This document shows, piece after piece, positions 48,074 to 57,312 of a DNA stretch of 64,000 bases. This stretch comes from a virus. The stretch lies in the IMG/VR virus record IMGVR_UViG_3300035682_000005; one strand, written 5' to 3'. Position numbers and translations under genes: made by a program. Within the stretch, counting starts at the first letter, position 1; every line of letters begins with the position of its first letter. The notes under the pieces are model-generated. The model was not told the origin of the DNA. It made no database searches and was given only the letters and a program-made list of their open reading frames with translations.

Positions 48074-49297
48074 ATGAAAAAATTTAGACAATACATAACT
48101 GAATCTGCTGATAAGAATTCCCATCTTGAACATTTGGAAGATGAGGTGTTCAACGGCGGTGTCAACGGGACTCGACGAGCTATCAATTTCTTGAGAGGCT
48201 TGCGAGACATGCTCTCAGGCAGCTCAAATGCATCAGTCAATGTTACTGTTAAATGGGACGGAGCGCCTGCAATCGTTTGTGGTATCAATCCAGAAAACGG
48301 AAAGTTCTTTGTTGCAACAAAAAGCGCATTCAATAAAACTCCAAAGTTAAACTATACTCATGATGATATTGAAAAGAACCACTCTGGTCAAACAACTCTC
48401 ATCGACAAACTTCGCATCGCTCTCGACAATCTTTCAACGTTGGGTATTAAAGGTATTCTTCAGGGCGACTTACTATTCACAAAGGGTGAACTACAAAACA
48501 TAGAACACAACGGTGAATCATTTCTTTCATTTAGAGCTAACACAATTACATATGCTGTGCCACAAGATTCAGACCTTGCTGGTGCTATTCGTGCAGCTAA
48601 CATCGGCATCGTGTTTCACACAACGTACACTGGTAAGACTGTTCAAGATATGAAAGCATCGTTTGGTGCAAACATATCATCACTCAAGAAAACATCAAAT
48701 GTATGGGTGACTGATGCTGATTTTAGAGATGAGTCTGGAACAGCAACTCTCACAAAAGATGAAACCACATACGTCTCTACACGTTTAAGTGAAATTGGTC
48801 GACAGTTTAATCGTATGGACTCTGCAATCATCAATGAGATTGTAACAGATGATGAGATTGTTTCATTTATCAAAACATATGTGAATTCTAAAGTAAAGGT
48901 TGGCGAAAACATCACTGGCACTCAAAAGTATGCTAAGGGTCTTATTGAATTTATTACAGACAAGTATCAGAAAGAAATTGATAAGCTCAAAACAGATCGC
49001 GGCAAACAAGGTCGCAAAGATCGGCTCAAACAACACGTGTCATTTATCAAAACAAATCGTGAACAGTTTATTCTTATGTTCTTGATTGCAGCTCTTATTG
49101 CAGATGTCAAAGGTGTTCTGTTAAGTAAGCTACGAAAGGTGAACTCTATTGGTACGTTTTTAGAGACGCCTGATGGATTCAAAGTGACATCACCTGAAGG
49201 TTTTGTTGCAGTAGATCACATGAAAGGTAATGCAGTAAAACTTGTTGATAGACTTGAATTTAGTCGAGCAAACTTCACGCTGGATAAAGGCTGGTAA
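48074..49297 (+). CDS. Ligase-fold nucleotidyltransferase-like protein (DUF6267-like) with a CTS-like N-terminus
   Basis: MKKFRQYITES; HLEHLED, KWDGAP, QGDLLF, PEGFV, VKLVDRLEFS; late-type CATAAATA at 48039. Confidence 0.7.
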   Translation: MKKFRQYITESADKNSHLEHLEDEVFNGGVNGTRRAINFLRGLRDMLSGSSNASVNVTVKWDGAPAIVCGINPENGKFFVATKSAFNKTPKLNYTHDDIEKNHSGQTTLIDKLRIALDNLSTLGIKGILQGDLLFTKGELQNIEHNGESFLSFRANTITYAVPQDSDLAGAIRAANIGIVFHTTYTGKTVQDMKASFGANISSLKKTSNVWVTDADFRDESGTATLTKDETTYVSTRLSEIGRQFNRMDSAIINEIVTDDEIVSFIKTYVNSKVKVGENITGTQKYAKGLIEFITDKYQKEIDKLKTDRGKQGRKDRLKQHVSFIKTNREQFILMFLIAALIADVKGVLLSKLRKVNSIGTFLETPDGFKVTSPEGFVAVDHMKGNAVKLVDRLEFSRANFTLDKGW

Positions 49298-49301
49298 AAC
49301 T

Positions 49302-49865
49302 ATGAAAAAATTTAAATCATATTTAACAGAATCGAACGAAGACATTCACGAAGAGTCTGAGTATCAGGGCAAGAAAGTTACGTTAAACAAACCATTCAGA
49401 ACACCTGATGGACCAAAGAAGTTTTCTGTGTATGTCAAGAATGACAACAACGTAGTCAAAGTAAATTTTGGTGATCCAAACATGGAAATTAAGCGCGATG
49501 ATCCTGAACGTAGGGCAAACTATCGTGCTCGCCACAACTGCGATGATCCAGGTCCTAAATGGAAAGCTAACTATTGGTCATGCAAAATGTGGTCGTCCAA
49601 GCCTGTATCAAAAGTGACAGAATCTGCACTAATTAAATATGACTTTGATGTTCTTGATGGACCAAAAACAAAACGTAAAGTTGGCGCAGTTGTTGGTATT
49701 AAAGGCACTTCACCTGAAGATGCTCTCAAGCAATACATGATACCACATGGATATCGAAAGAGTGAAATGTCCACAAAAGATGGTATCATCATAGTTAAGG
49801 CACAGTGGGGGTATGACTCTCGCGACACTGATACAATGTACTACAAAGTTACTAAGTCTATATAA
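49302..49865 (+). CDS. Conserved T4-like basic protein with a CTS-like N-terminus
   Basis: MKKFKSYLTES; EYQGKKVTLNKP, KVNFGDP, RARHNC, YWSCKMW. Confidence 0.65.
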   Translation: MKKFKSYLTESNEDIHEESEYQGKKVTLNKPFRTPDGPKKFSVYVKNDNNVVKVNFGDPNMEIKRDDPERRANYRARHNCDDPGPKWKANYWSCKMWSSKPVSKVTESALIKYDFDVLDGPKTKRKVGAVVGIKGTSPEDALKQYMIPHGYRKSEMSTKDGIIIVKAQWGYDSRDTDTMYYKVTKSI

Positions 49866-49882
49866 ACCGTAAGGAGAAAATT

Positions 49883-50125
49883 ATGATCGTTAAACCATTG
49901 TCACAAGAAACATCGCTTGCATCTGCAACTGACGTAGAACTTGCATCTGTAGTTCGTGTCGTTAATACTGGTAGTGCAACAACTGTAACAATTAAAGATG
50001 GTAGCACAACTGTGGCATCTTTGACTGTAGCAGCCGGTGAGGTTTTGAATATTCAAAAAACACCATCACACACATTGCTTGCTACTGCGTCTGTAAAAGC
50101 CGTGAAGATTGCTCACACGAACTAA
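49883..50125 (+). CDS. Small beta-rich virion-type protein
   Basis: Strong RBS AAGGAG; T/V/A-rich. Confidence 0.55.
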   Translation: MIVKPLSQETSLASATDVELASVVRVVNTGSATTVTIKDGSTTVASLTVAAGEVLNIQKTPSHTLLATASVKAVKIAHTN

Positions 50126-51180
50126 TGAAGAGTTTTGTTGAATACATTGTAGAGGCTAATCCTTCCGTCGATAAGCAATATCGATCTGAAGCTCTGCGTG
50201 TATTCAATCGGATGATTGCCACACTCGAAAGATTGGTCAAATCAAACTCTATAGATCACATGGAAGTTGAGCGAACAAAAAATCCTGCACTCACGTTCAA
50301 TTTAGGTAAGTTTATTGCTGATGATAAGTATGAAAATGTGAGTATAATGTTCACATCGTCTACTCGTGAGCGAGCTGGCTCGTATGGCAAACTCTCTGGA
50401 CAAATTTTTATAGAACTTGCCATTATGAGTAGTCGCAAAAATCGAGATCCATCATTTAAGCCAACCGGAACTTCATACGACGATCACAACGGCTGGATAT
50501 ATTCTGATGCGTTTCTTCGATTTAAAGATGCGAGCAATTATAAACATCTACTCAATGTAATCAAACAGCGTAAAGAAGATGTTCGAGACATTTTTGTTCA
50601 TGAGTTTGTACATCACATGGATGCTCTTCGTTATAGGAATGTGGCGTATACAGACGTGCCATCATACGACAACAAAACAGGCTATGGCAAAGAATATTTT
50701 AATCACCCAAAAGAGCTGAACGCACATACGCAAGAGTTAATCATGAATATTGATGCGTGGTATAAAACATACTACCTCAGCATCGTCACGACACTTAAGA
50801 GTCGATTTGTTGGTAAGTTTAATACTGCAAAGAATCATGACCAATATGAAGATGCAATGTTTATGGCTCACAAATTTCAAATCAACTACAACATGTTTGT
50901 TCAGTATATAACAGACAAGCAGTTTGCAATCAAAGAGATCAAAGAAAAGATGCCAAGTTCTAAAAAGAATTTTTTTAGCCACTTGACTTCTGATAGTAAT
51001 AAAAAAGTTTTAGCGCGTTTGTACCAATACTATGATGAAGTGTTGAAAACGCGTTTTGAACTTCTCAAGTCAACATTAGACAAATTGCCAAAACAACTAA
51101 ACAATCCAGAAGCTGCCGAGTATGTAAAACTACATGCACCTGACGTATACAAGACTCTTCGTAAATTGGGGATGAAATGA
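50125..51180 (+). CDS. HExxH zinc metalloprotease-like protein with a CTS-like N-terminus
   Basis: MKSFVEYIVEA; FVHEFVHHMD...YFNHPKELNAH. Confidence 0.6.
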   Translation: MKSFVEYIVEANPSVDKQYRSEALRVFNRMIATLERLVKSNSIDHMEVERTKNPALTFNLGKFIADDKYENVSIMFTSSTRERAGSYGKLSGQIFIELAIMSSRKNRDPSFKPTGTSYDDHNGWIYSDAFLRFKDASNYKHLLNVIKQRKEDVRDIFVHEFVHHMDALRYRNVAYTDVPSYDNKTGYGKEYFNHPKELNAHTQELIMNIDAWYKTYYLSIVTTLKSRFVGKFNTAKNHDQYEDAMFMAHKFQINYNMFVQYITDKQFAIKEIKEKMPSSKKNFFSHLTSDSNKKVLARLYQYYDEVLKTRFELLKSTLDKLPKQLNNPEAAEYVKLHAPDVYKTLRKLGMK

Positions 51181-52190
51181 AAACATTGGCTGAAGTTGTC
51201 AAAAAGAAAACAGCTGTGTTTGCATTTGGTCGAATGAATCCTCCTACCATGGGTCATGAAAAACTTATTGACAAAGTAATTGCAGTGGCCCGCAAAGAAA
51301 ACGCAGAGCCATTTATTTTTGTTTCTCACACACAAGATGCAAAAAAGAATCCACTGACAAGCACACAAAAAGCAAAATACTTGAGACTTGGTGTGCCAAA
51401 AGCTGAGAAGTATATTAAAGCAACCGCATCAATTAAAACACCATTCGATGCGGTTGGACATCTTATAGATCTTGGTTACACAGATGTAATCATGATTGCT
51501 GGTGATGACCGTGTGTCAGATTTTAAAAAGTCTATTGGCAGTTATGTAAATCATCCAGATCCAGCTAAAAGTTTAAATCTTAATTCGTTCAAAGTTGTAA
51601 GCGCCGGTGCCCGTGATCCTGATGCTGAAGGTGCCGAAGGTATGAGCGCAACAAAAATGCGCCAGGCAGCAGCATCAAATGATTTTGTCACATTTAAACG
51701 CGGCGCCTTGTCAAATCTAAGTGACAAATATGCTCGTGAGTTGTTTGATGCCTTGCGTAAAGCAATGAATATTGTAGAAAAGGTAGAAGACATCCAGCGT
51801 TTAAAAAATACACTAAACATTCCCCGCAAAAACATGCCTCAAATTAAACGTGAGCATATACCAGATTTTATTAAATTGCTCAATACCCACGGCGTGACCG
51901 TTGCAAAACGTAGTGTGAGTGTGCGAAATTTGAAGCCAACACAATCAGAAATTAATATGAACAAGGTGCGAGAAAAGCACGAAAAATTTGTTAATGGTAA
52001 AAAAGAGCCAAAGCCATTTATTGTTTCTTACGACAACTTCATATTAGATGGACACCATCAGTTGTTGGCACTACAAACTTTGGATAAAGACGCGACAGTA
52101 TCTTGTTACATAGTTAGTGTAAAGATGAAAGACCTGTTGCAATATGCGCATGAGTATCCAAAGACAACATATAAAGATATTGACGACTAA
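51177..52190 (+). CDS. Cytidylyltransferase-like (HxGH) domain fused to a ParB/Srx-like domain
   Basis: FGRMNPPTMGH, KKNPL, AGDDR, SAGARDPD, MSATKMR; C-terminal LKPTQ...ILDGHH. Confidence 0.75.
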   Translation: MKTLAEVVKKKTAVFAFGRMNPPTMGHEKLIDKVIAVARKENAEPFIFVSHTQDAKKNPLTSTQKAKYLRLGVPKAEKYIKATASIKTPFDAVGHLIDLGYTDVIMIAGDDRVSDFKKSIGSYVNHPDPAKSLNLNSFKVVSAGARDPDAEGAEGMSATKMRQAAASNDFVTFKRGALSNLSDKYARELFDALRKAMNIVEKVEDIQRLKNTLNIPRKNMPQIKREHIPDFIKLLNTHGVTVAKRSVSVRNLKPTQSEINMNKVREKHEKFVNGKKEPKPFIVSYDNFILDGHHQLLALQTLDKDATVSCYIVSVKMKDLLQYAHEYPKTTYKDIDD

Positions 52191-52200
52191 ATATAGCACT

Positions 52201-52521
52201 ATGAAAGACTTCAAAACATTCATACAAGAAGCAACAGACGGACCTCCATCAGCTGAAGACCGTGTCCGTGAGCGTAATACGCGTGACAAAGGTGCACTCA
52301 AAGTTCGCCAAACCAGAGAACTTGAACGTGCTCGTGAACAAGACTTTAGAAAGAAAGAAGCAGACCGCAAAGCTGTGGAAATAAAAAAGAATGCAGAGCG
52401 ACTGAAAGAATCTGATGCTGATGTAATCAATGATCCAGATGCTGAAGCCGTAAATGAATATGTTGAAGATGGCACAGATGAGGCTGTTGCGGCATATAGA
52501 AAAGCTACGCCAGGGATCTGA
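52201..52521 (+). CDS. Small charged protein with a CTS-like N-terminus
   Basis: MKDFKTFIQEA; C-terminal GTDE...YRKATPG; ACTAAATA 7 nt upstream. Confidence 0.6.
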   Translation: MKDFKTFIQEATDGPPSAEDRVRERNTRDKGALKVRQTRELERAREQDFRKKEADRKAVEIKKNAERLKESDADVINDPDAEAVNEYVEDGTDEAVAAYRKATPGI

Positions 52522-52551
52522 TATACATAGTAGTGAAATGATTTTTGTTTA

Positions 52552-52833
52552 ATGGAGAATAATATGAGTAATGATACAGCAGAAGCAACACAAGAAGCAG
52601 AAGTTACAGCAGCACCTGAACTTCCAACGCTTACATCTGAACAAGAAATTGCAGCCCTTCGCAGTGTACATGACTTTCTTTCTAAGTTTGATCGTGTGCC
52701 TGGATTTCTTGCCAATCAATGGTCGCAAGCACTTGATACGGTAGCTGTTGTTGCAAACTCGCTTATTAAGAAAGCACAAGAAAACGACACAACAACTACT
52801 GAAGCTGAGTCTGATGAAACTGTTACTCAGTAA
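52552..52833 (+). CDS. Hypothetical acidic protein
   Basis: ORF; may start at 52564 (GGAG upstream). Confidence 0.55.
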   Translation: MENNMSNDTAEATQEAEVTAAPELPTLTSEQEIAALRSVHDFLSKFDRVPGFLANQWSQALDTVAVVANSLIKKAQENDTTTTEAESDETVTQ

Positions 52834-52851
52834 TTTCTGTTGTGAGTTATT

Positions 52852-53037
52852 ATGCCATACTACGAATACGAATGTAAGAAGTGTGGAATCATAGAAGTTC
52901 GCCAAAGCATCACAGATAACGCATTGAAAACCTGCCCAGTCTGTGATGCTCAAATTAAACGCATTCTTTCGGCGACAGCTAATCCTCAATTTAAAGGATC
53001 TGGTTTCTACACAACTGATTATGTGAAGAAGACGTAA
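52852..53037 (+). CDS. FmdB-family zinc-ribbon protein
   Basis: MPYYEYECKKCG..CPVC..FKGSGFYTTDY. Confidence 0.85.
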   Translation: MPYYEYECKKCGIIEVRQSITDNALKTCPVCDAQIKRILSATANPQFKGSGFYTTDYVKKT

Positions 53038-53906
53038 TGTCAATCGTTGCTTGCAAATATTTTGACGACATCGGATGGGTCATAGCAAAGAATCGTGACA
53101 GAGTATATAAGCCTGTGATTCGTGTGCGCAAATCTTTTCGCACCAATGTTGAACGCCTGTTGTTATGGGACCAAAAGACAAAGTACACTGAGGGTGTTAA
53201 TGAACACGGTGTTGCAATTGTGTCTGCCAGTATTTCAACAACAACAGATGAGATTGAAGGTGCAATTGCAACAAAGTACAATTCACGCCTCACAAAAACA
53301 CCTCGCGTGTACTACTCACCGGACGGTTTGAGAATTCGCAAAGCACTCTTTGAGAAAACCGCGTTCGATGCGATTCGCAAAGTTATTGAATTTCAAATAC
53401 CAGGTAACACTATTGTTGCAGACAAAAACAGATGCTTTCTAATTGAAGCTGGGTTTCTCAACACAAACGAGTATGTGTATGAAGTTGTCGAAGTTCCAAC
53501 AACTCATATTGCTGTTAGAACAAATCATGGTATTTTTTTACCTTGGACTGGCTATAGTGCTGATGTGCCACAAGAAGTAACAAAGCGCAAAAGTTCTGAT
53601 GTTCGATATGAAAAAGTAAACGAAGGTCTAAAACGTGCTTCCACGTTTGATCAACTCATTGATGTGCTGTCACTCATAAATGACAGTGATCCACAAATGA
53701 ACCCGTTGCGTGTAGATCCAAGAAAGGGTGCAATGCGCACATCAGGGCAGATCTTCATTATTCCAAAACACAAAACATTACACTACAGACCTATCTGGTG
53801 TGATACCGTGTTCAATCTGGATAAGCTAAATACAGTCAACGAAAAAACTTTCTTTGAAGTAGTGTCAACAAGAAAGTTGATAAGTTTTACAAATCATTCC
53901 ATCTAG
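53037..53906 (+). CDS. Ntn-hydrolase-like protein
   Basis: N-terminal MSIVA..AKNRDR, EGVNEHGV, VRTNH. Confidence 0.55.
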   Translation: MSIVACKYFDDIGWVIAKNRDRVYKPVIRVRKSFRTNVERLLLWDQKTKYTEGVNEHGVAIVSASISTTTDEIEGAIATKYNSRLTKTPRVYYSPDGLRIRKALFEKTAFDAIRKVIEFQIPGNTIVADKNRCFLIEAGFLNTNEYVYEVVEVPTTHIAVRTNHGIFLPWTGYSADVPQEVTKRKSSDVRYEKVNEGLKRASTFDQLIDVLSLINDSDPQMNPLRVDPRKGAMRTSGQIFIIPKHKTLHYRPIWCDTVFNLDKLNTVNEKTFFEVVSTRKLISFTNHSI

Positions 53907-53913
53907 GAGAGTC

Positions 53914-55029
53914 ATGGCATCTATTAAAGATATATCCAAGTCACTTATTAGTGCAGTAAGTGAAGTTGTTTCCAAGAGTTCGGAAACTCGTACTAAATTG
54001 AAAAAGACATTGTTTAGTGAAGCACTAAAGAAGTTTAAAGTATCGTCTGCATCGGAGTTGTCTGAGCAAGATAAAAAAGCGTTCTATGCGTATGTTCAAA
54101 ATCAACTGACAGAAGCTGATTGTTCGTGCGACTCAATGGATGAAGATGATATGCCTGGAGATGAAGTATATCACACTGCTGGAGATGAAGATGCTAAGAA
54201 AAAGAAAGAACTTGGTGAAAACGAAGACGAAGAAGATTCGAGCGTTGAAGCCACCGACGCTGAAGAGAAAGACGATCTTGAAGAGCGTTGCTGGGACGGC
54301 TACAAACCTACGCCTGGTGTAAAGGCATATGAAAAGGGCTCTTGCGTCAAAGAAGGTGCAGACCCCGATGAGCTTGCAACAAATGGTGCCCTTGGCGTGA
54401 CTGATGCTTCAAAGCAACTTCCTGTTCATGCTGATGTTCTTAGAGATTCTTCTCCAGTCGATGGAACAACAGAATACAGACTCTTTGCACAATTCAACAC
54501 AAACACGTTGCCACAGATTGTTCCGCCAGTAGTTTTACCTGGTGCTCCAACGGTTGATGCACTTCGTGATATTGTTGAAGGTCTTCCTTGGTTCTGTGAT
54601 GTGTGTGAAAGGGCACTTGCTGACGCAAGCGACTCTCCCCATCAAAAAGTAGCAGACGAAACAACTGAAGATATTACTGAAGCAGCTGTTGTTACTGATC
54701 TTGATAAGAAAACAATCTCTCTTATCAGAAGAAGTGTTCAAAACGCAAAAGTTGGCGTTATCAAAAATAACGTTAGCTACTCATTAGAAGTAGAACAAGA
54801 TAGTGCAAAACTTACTGTTACCCTTGAGCCAAGTCCAAAAGCTCCCGGCAAACTTGCCTGGGCTGTGCATGATAATAGTGGCGTGCGAGAGCCAGTATAC
54901 AGCGCAATTTTTGTACAAGGTGACGAACGCACAAGCCTGTTAAAACTTCAGTCATTGTTGTCTGACATCGCCCGCCGCGTCCCAACAAAATATTACAACC
55001 CTGAGTATAACGCACATTCGACGAGATAG
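53914..55029 (+). CDS. Acidic multi-module putative head/internal protein
   Basis: ALKKF..SEL...KKAFY module, CWDGYK module and many xxE junctions; RBS AGGAG. Confidence 0.5.
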   Translation: MASIKDISKSLISAVSEVVSKSSETRTKLKKTLFSEALKKFKVSSASELSEQDKKAFYAYVQNQLTEADCSCDSMDEDDMPGDEVYHTAGDEDAKKKKELGENEDEEDSSVEATDAEEKDDLEERCWDGYKPTPGVKAYEKGSCVKEGADPDELATNGALGVTDASKQLPVHADVLRDSSPVDGTTEYRLFAQFNTNTLPQIVPPVVLPGAPTVDALRDIVEGLPWFCDVCERALADASDSPHQKVADETTEDITEAAVVTDLDKKTISLIRRSVQNAKVGVIKNNVSYSLEVEQDSAKLTVTLEPSPKAPGKLAWAVHDNSGVREPVYSAIFVQGDERTSLLKLQSLLSDIARRVPTKYYNPEYNAHSTR

Positions 55030-55032
55030 TAT

Positions 55033-55620
55033 ATGAAGTCGTTTCGTACATATTTGATAGAAAATGTTCAGACAGATGGTGATGTTGCGGTTACAACTGC
55101 TCTTCCTGAAATCTATCTTGATATGGACGAAACGATTGTAGACTGGATGAAAGGTGCCGATAGCGCACTTGAGCGCGCCGGCAAGCCATCATGGAATGAT
55201 CCGTACTGGACAGAGAATCACACTGAAGAAGAGGCTGAAAAGATTAAGTGGCAAATTCTTAACACAACACCAAACTTCTGGGAAGACCTTGACTTTTTAC
55301 CTGACGGTAAAGCCCTCTGGAACTTTGTGAAGAAGTACAAGCCACACATTCTCAGTGCCTGTGGCACACTCGCTACTACGTGTAAGAATGGCAAGAAACG
55401 TTGGTTAGCAAAGTTTTTAGGGTATAAAAACCTTGGTAACATTCATCTTGTAAAGCGTTCACAGAAAAAAGATTTTGCTGTTGTTGATGGTACGCCCACA
55501 ATACTTATTGACGATTTCATCAAGAATTGTCAAGAGTACAAAGCTCATGGTGGTCTGGCAATTCAGCGCACAACTACTATAGAAGTGATTAGTAAATTAA
55601 AGCGTCTGGGATTCAAATAA
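55033..55620 (+). CDS. HAD 5'(3')-nucleotidase-like phosphatase with a CTS-like N-terminus
   Basis: MKSFRTYLIEN; IYLDMDETIVD, FWEDL, ILS, K..W, ILIDD. Confidence 0.8.
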   Translation: MKSFRTYLIENVQTDGDVAVTTALPEIYLDMDETIVDWMKGADSALERAGKPSWNDPYWTENHTEEEAEKIKWQILNTTPNFWEDLDFLPDGKALWNFVKKYKPHILSACGTLATTCKNGKKRWLAKFLGYKNLGNIHLVKRSQKKDFAVVDGTPTILIDDFIKNCQEYKAHGGLAIQRTTTIEVISKLKRLGFK

Positions 55621-55653
55621 ATAAAGTATAACTTTTAATTGGAGATAATTGAT

Positions 55654-56511
55654 ATGGCACTCTGGGGTAAAGAAGATAAAACAACAGCTCGACCAAAATC
55701 AGTTAAGCTAAAAGCCAACGGCACACTTGCTCATGATGCATCTGGCAAGAAACTTGTATACTTGTCTAAAGAAGAAGCTATTGCAAACTCTACTAAGGGC
55801 GCCTCTGGTGCTGGATGGTACACGGTTCTTACCACTAAGAAAGGTACAGCCGAAGAGCGCACACGTCTTGAACTTCTTATTGCAATCTCTGATGAAGATA
55901 GAGAGTCAATTAATAATGTTGAGTTTATAGAAGCAGATTTATTTAATAGTAATGTTCTTGCTAATGGTGGTGCCGCTCCTGGAATAGAAGATCCTAATGG
56001 TCGTCCTGGATGGTATTTCAAAAACGATTCCTCTGGAAAAAAGGTTAATTGGTATTATTTTGATGGCCAAGCTCACGATATAAATTTGAGTGATTTTTCT
56101 GCGTATGCTGTAGTCACTCTTGATTCTACAACTTCACGTCCATTTTTAGCACTGTATAGCAAACCCACAGGAGCCGGAGATATTATACCTGGGTTTGCTC
56201 GCTCAAGTAGGGTATATACTTGGCCAGCAGGCGCCGTTGCGGGAACAAAATATTTGATATATTTTGGACAAAATCCTAATGTTCATTTAGACTTACCAAG
56301 AGTTGAATTAACACCAGGAATAACTAGAGGACCTTTCCTACCTACAGAAAAAGTGGCAACTATATCTTTGCACTCTGACTCAGGATCTTCTGTAAATACT
56401 GTTCAGTTTGTTGTAGAAAATTTGGGTATTAATTCTACCACAGTGAAAGCTGACGTGGAATTAAAACTCGATGCTAGTGACGTAACTGAAGACGATGCTG
56501 GCCTAGAATAA
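55654..56511 (+). CDS. Putative virion protein (MALWG N-terminus) with an inserted domain
   Basis: AATAAATA late-type promoter at 55616; RBS GGAG. Confidence 0.5.
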   Translation: MALWGKEDKTTARPKSVKLKANGTLAHDASGKKLVYLSKEEAIANSTKGASGAGWYTVLTTKKGTAEERTRLELLIAISDEDRESINNVEFIEADLFNSNVLANGGAAPGIEDPNGRPGWYFKNDSSGKKVNWYYFDGQAHDINLSDFSAYAVVTLDSTTSRPFLALYSKPTGAGDIIPGFARSSRVYTWPAGAVAGTKYLIYFGQNPNVHLDLPRVELTPGITRGPFLPTEKVATISLHSDSGSSVNTVQFVVENLGINSTTVKADVELKLDASDVTEDDAGLE

Positions 56512-56551
56512 TCTTAAACAGAACATTGTTGTAGCTATATGATGTGAACTA

Positions 56552-56965
56552 ATGTTAAATGAATTTGTTGAAAATATGAGCTTGCATTTAACTGAAAAAA
56601 ATATTGTCATGTATGCCATGAAACACTACGACAATGTTCAGTGCATTGACATTGATGAATTTTACGATGACCTTAAACGCATCAACTACATCAAGCGTTT
56701 ATTTATTCGATACCAAACAAACACTGAACTCAAAGAGAGATTGATTCTTAATCACTTGATCATTTTGTTTAATGTGTTTCCAGTTGAAGTTGCCACAAAT
56801 CTTTTGTTCTTCAAGATTGACAGCGATCACTGGTCACAACTCAAAACGTTTCTTGTATACTTAAACTTTATGCCAGACAAACTCACGTTTTTAGAAAACT
56901 GTGAGATTCTGACAACTGATATACCACTCGACTCACACATCATAAATGTTTTGAGGAGCTTATGA
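56552..56965 (+). CDS. Conserved T4-like hypothetical protein
   Basis: YAMKHYDN..C..EFYDDLKRINYIKRL..LKERLILNHLIILFNVF. Confidence 0.7.
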   Translation: MLNEFVENMSLHLTEKNIVMYAMKHYDNVQCIDIDEFYDDLKRINYIKRLFIRYQTNTELKERLILNHLIILFNVFPVEVATNLLFFKIDSDHWSQLKTFLVYLNFMPDKLTFLENCEILTTDIPLDSHIINVLRSL

Positions 56966-57312
56966 GAACTTACTTTCAATTTATTACTGAATCAAAAGAC
57001 TTTTCAAAAGAAGATGCACAGCGCGTTGGTGACAAGCTAGACGTGGATTGGAACAAAGTTGACATCGAACAGTTTAGAATTGGTCTAAGTGTTGAGAGCG
57101 AGCATGATGATGGTTCTGAACTTGATGTTGTTGGATCTGAGAAAGATTTGGGTAAAATAGTTCTAGCACACCTCAAGGAACTTCCAGACTACTATACAAA
57201 ATTAAAGCAAGTTGACGAAGATGGTGTTCCAGTAAATTCGATCTCTGGTGGTGGAATTGCAAACATTCAAGAACCACTCATTCGCAAAAAACCAAAAAAC
57301 GAAAGCAAATAG
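56962..57312 (+). CDS. DUF5661-like protein with a CTS-like N-terminus
   Basis: MRTYFQFITES; QFRIGLSVESEH..IVLAHLKELPDYYTKL. Confidence 0.65.
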   Translation: MRTYFQFITESKDFSKEDAQRVGDKLDVDWNKVDIEQFRIGLSVESEHDDGSELDVVGSEKDLGKIVLAHLKELPDYYTKLKQVDEDGVPVNSISGGGIANIQEPLIRKKPKNESK

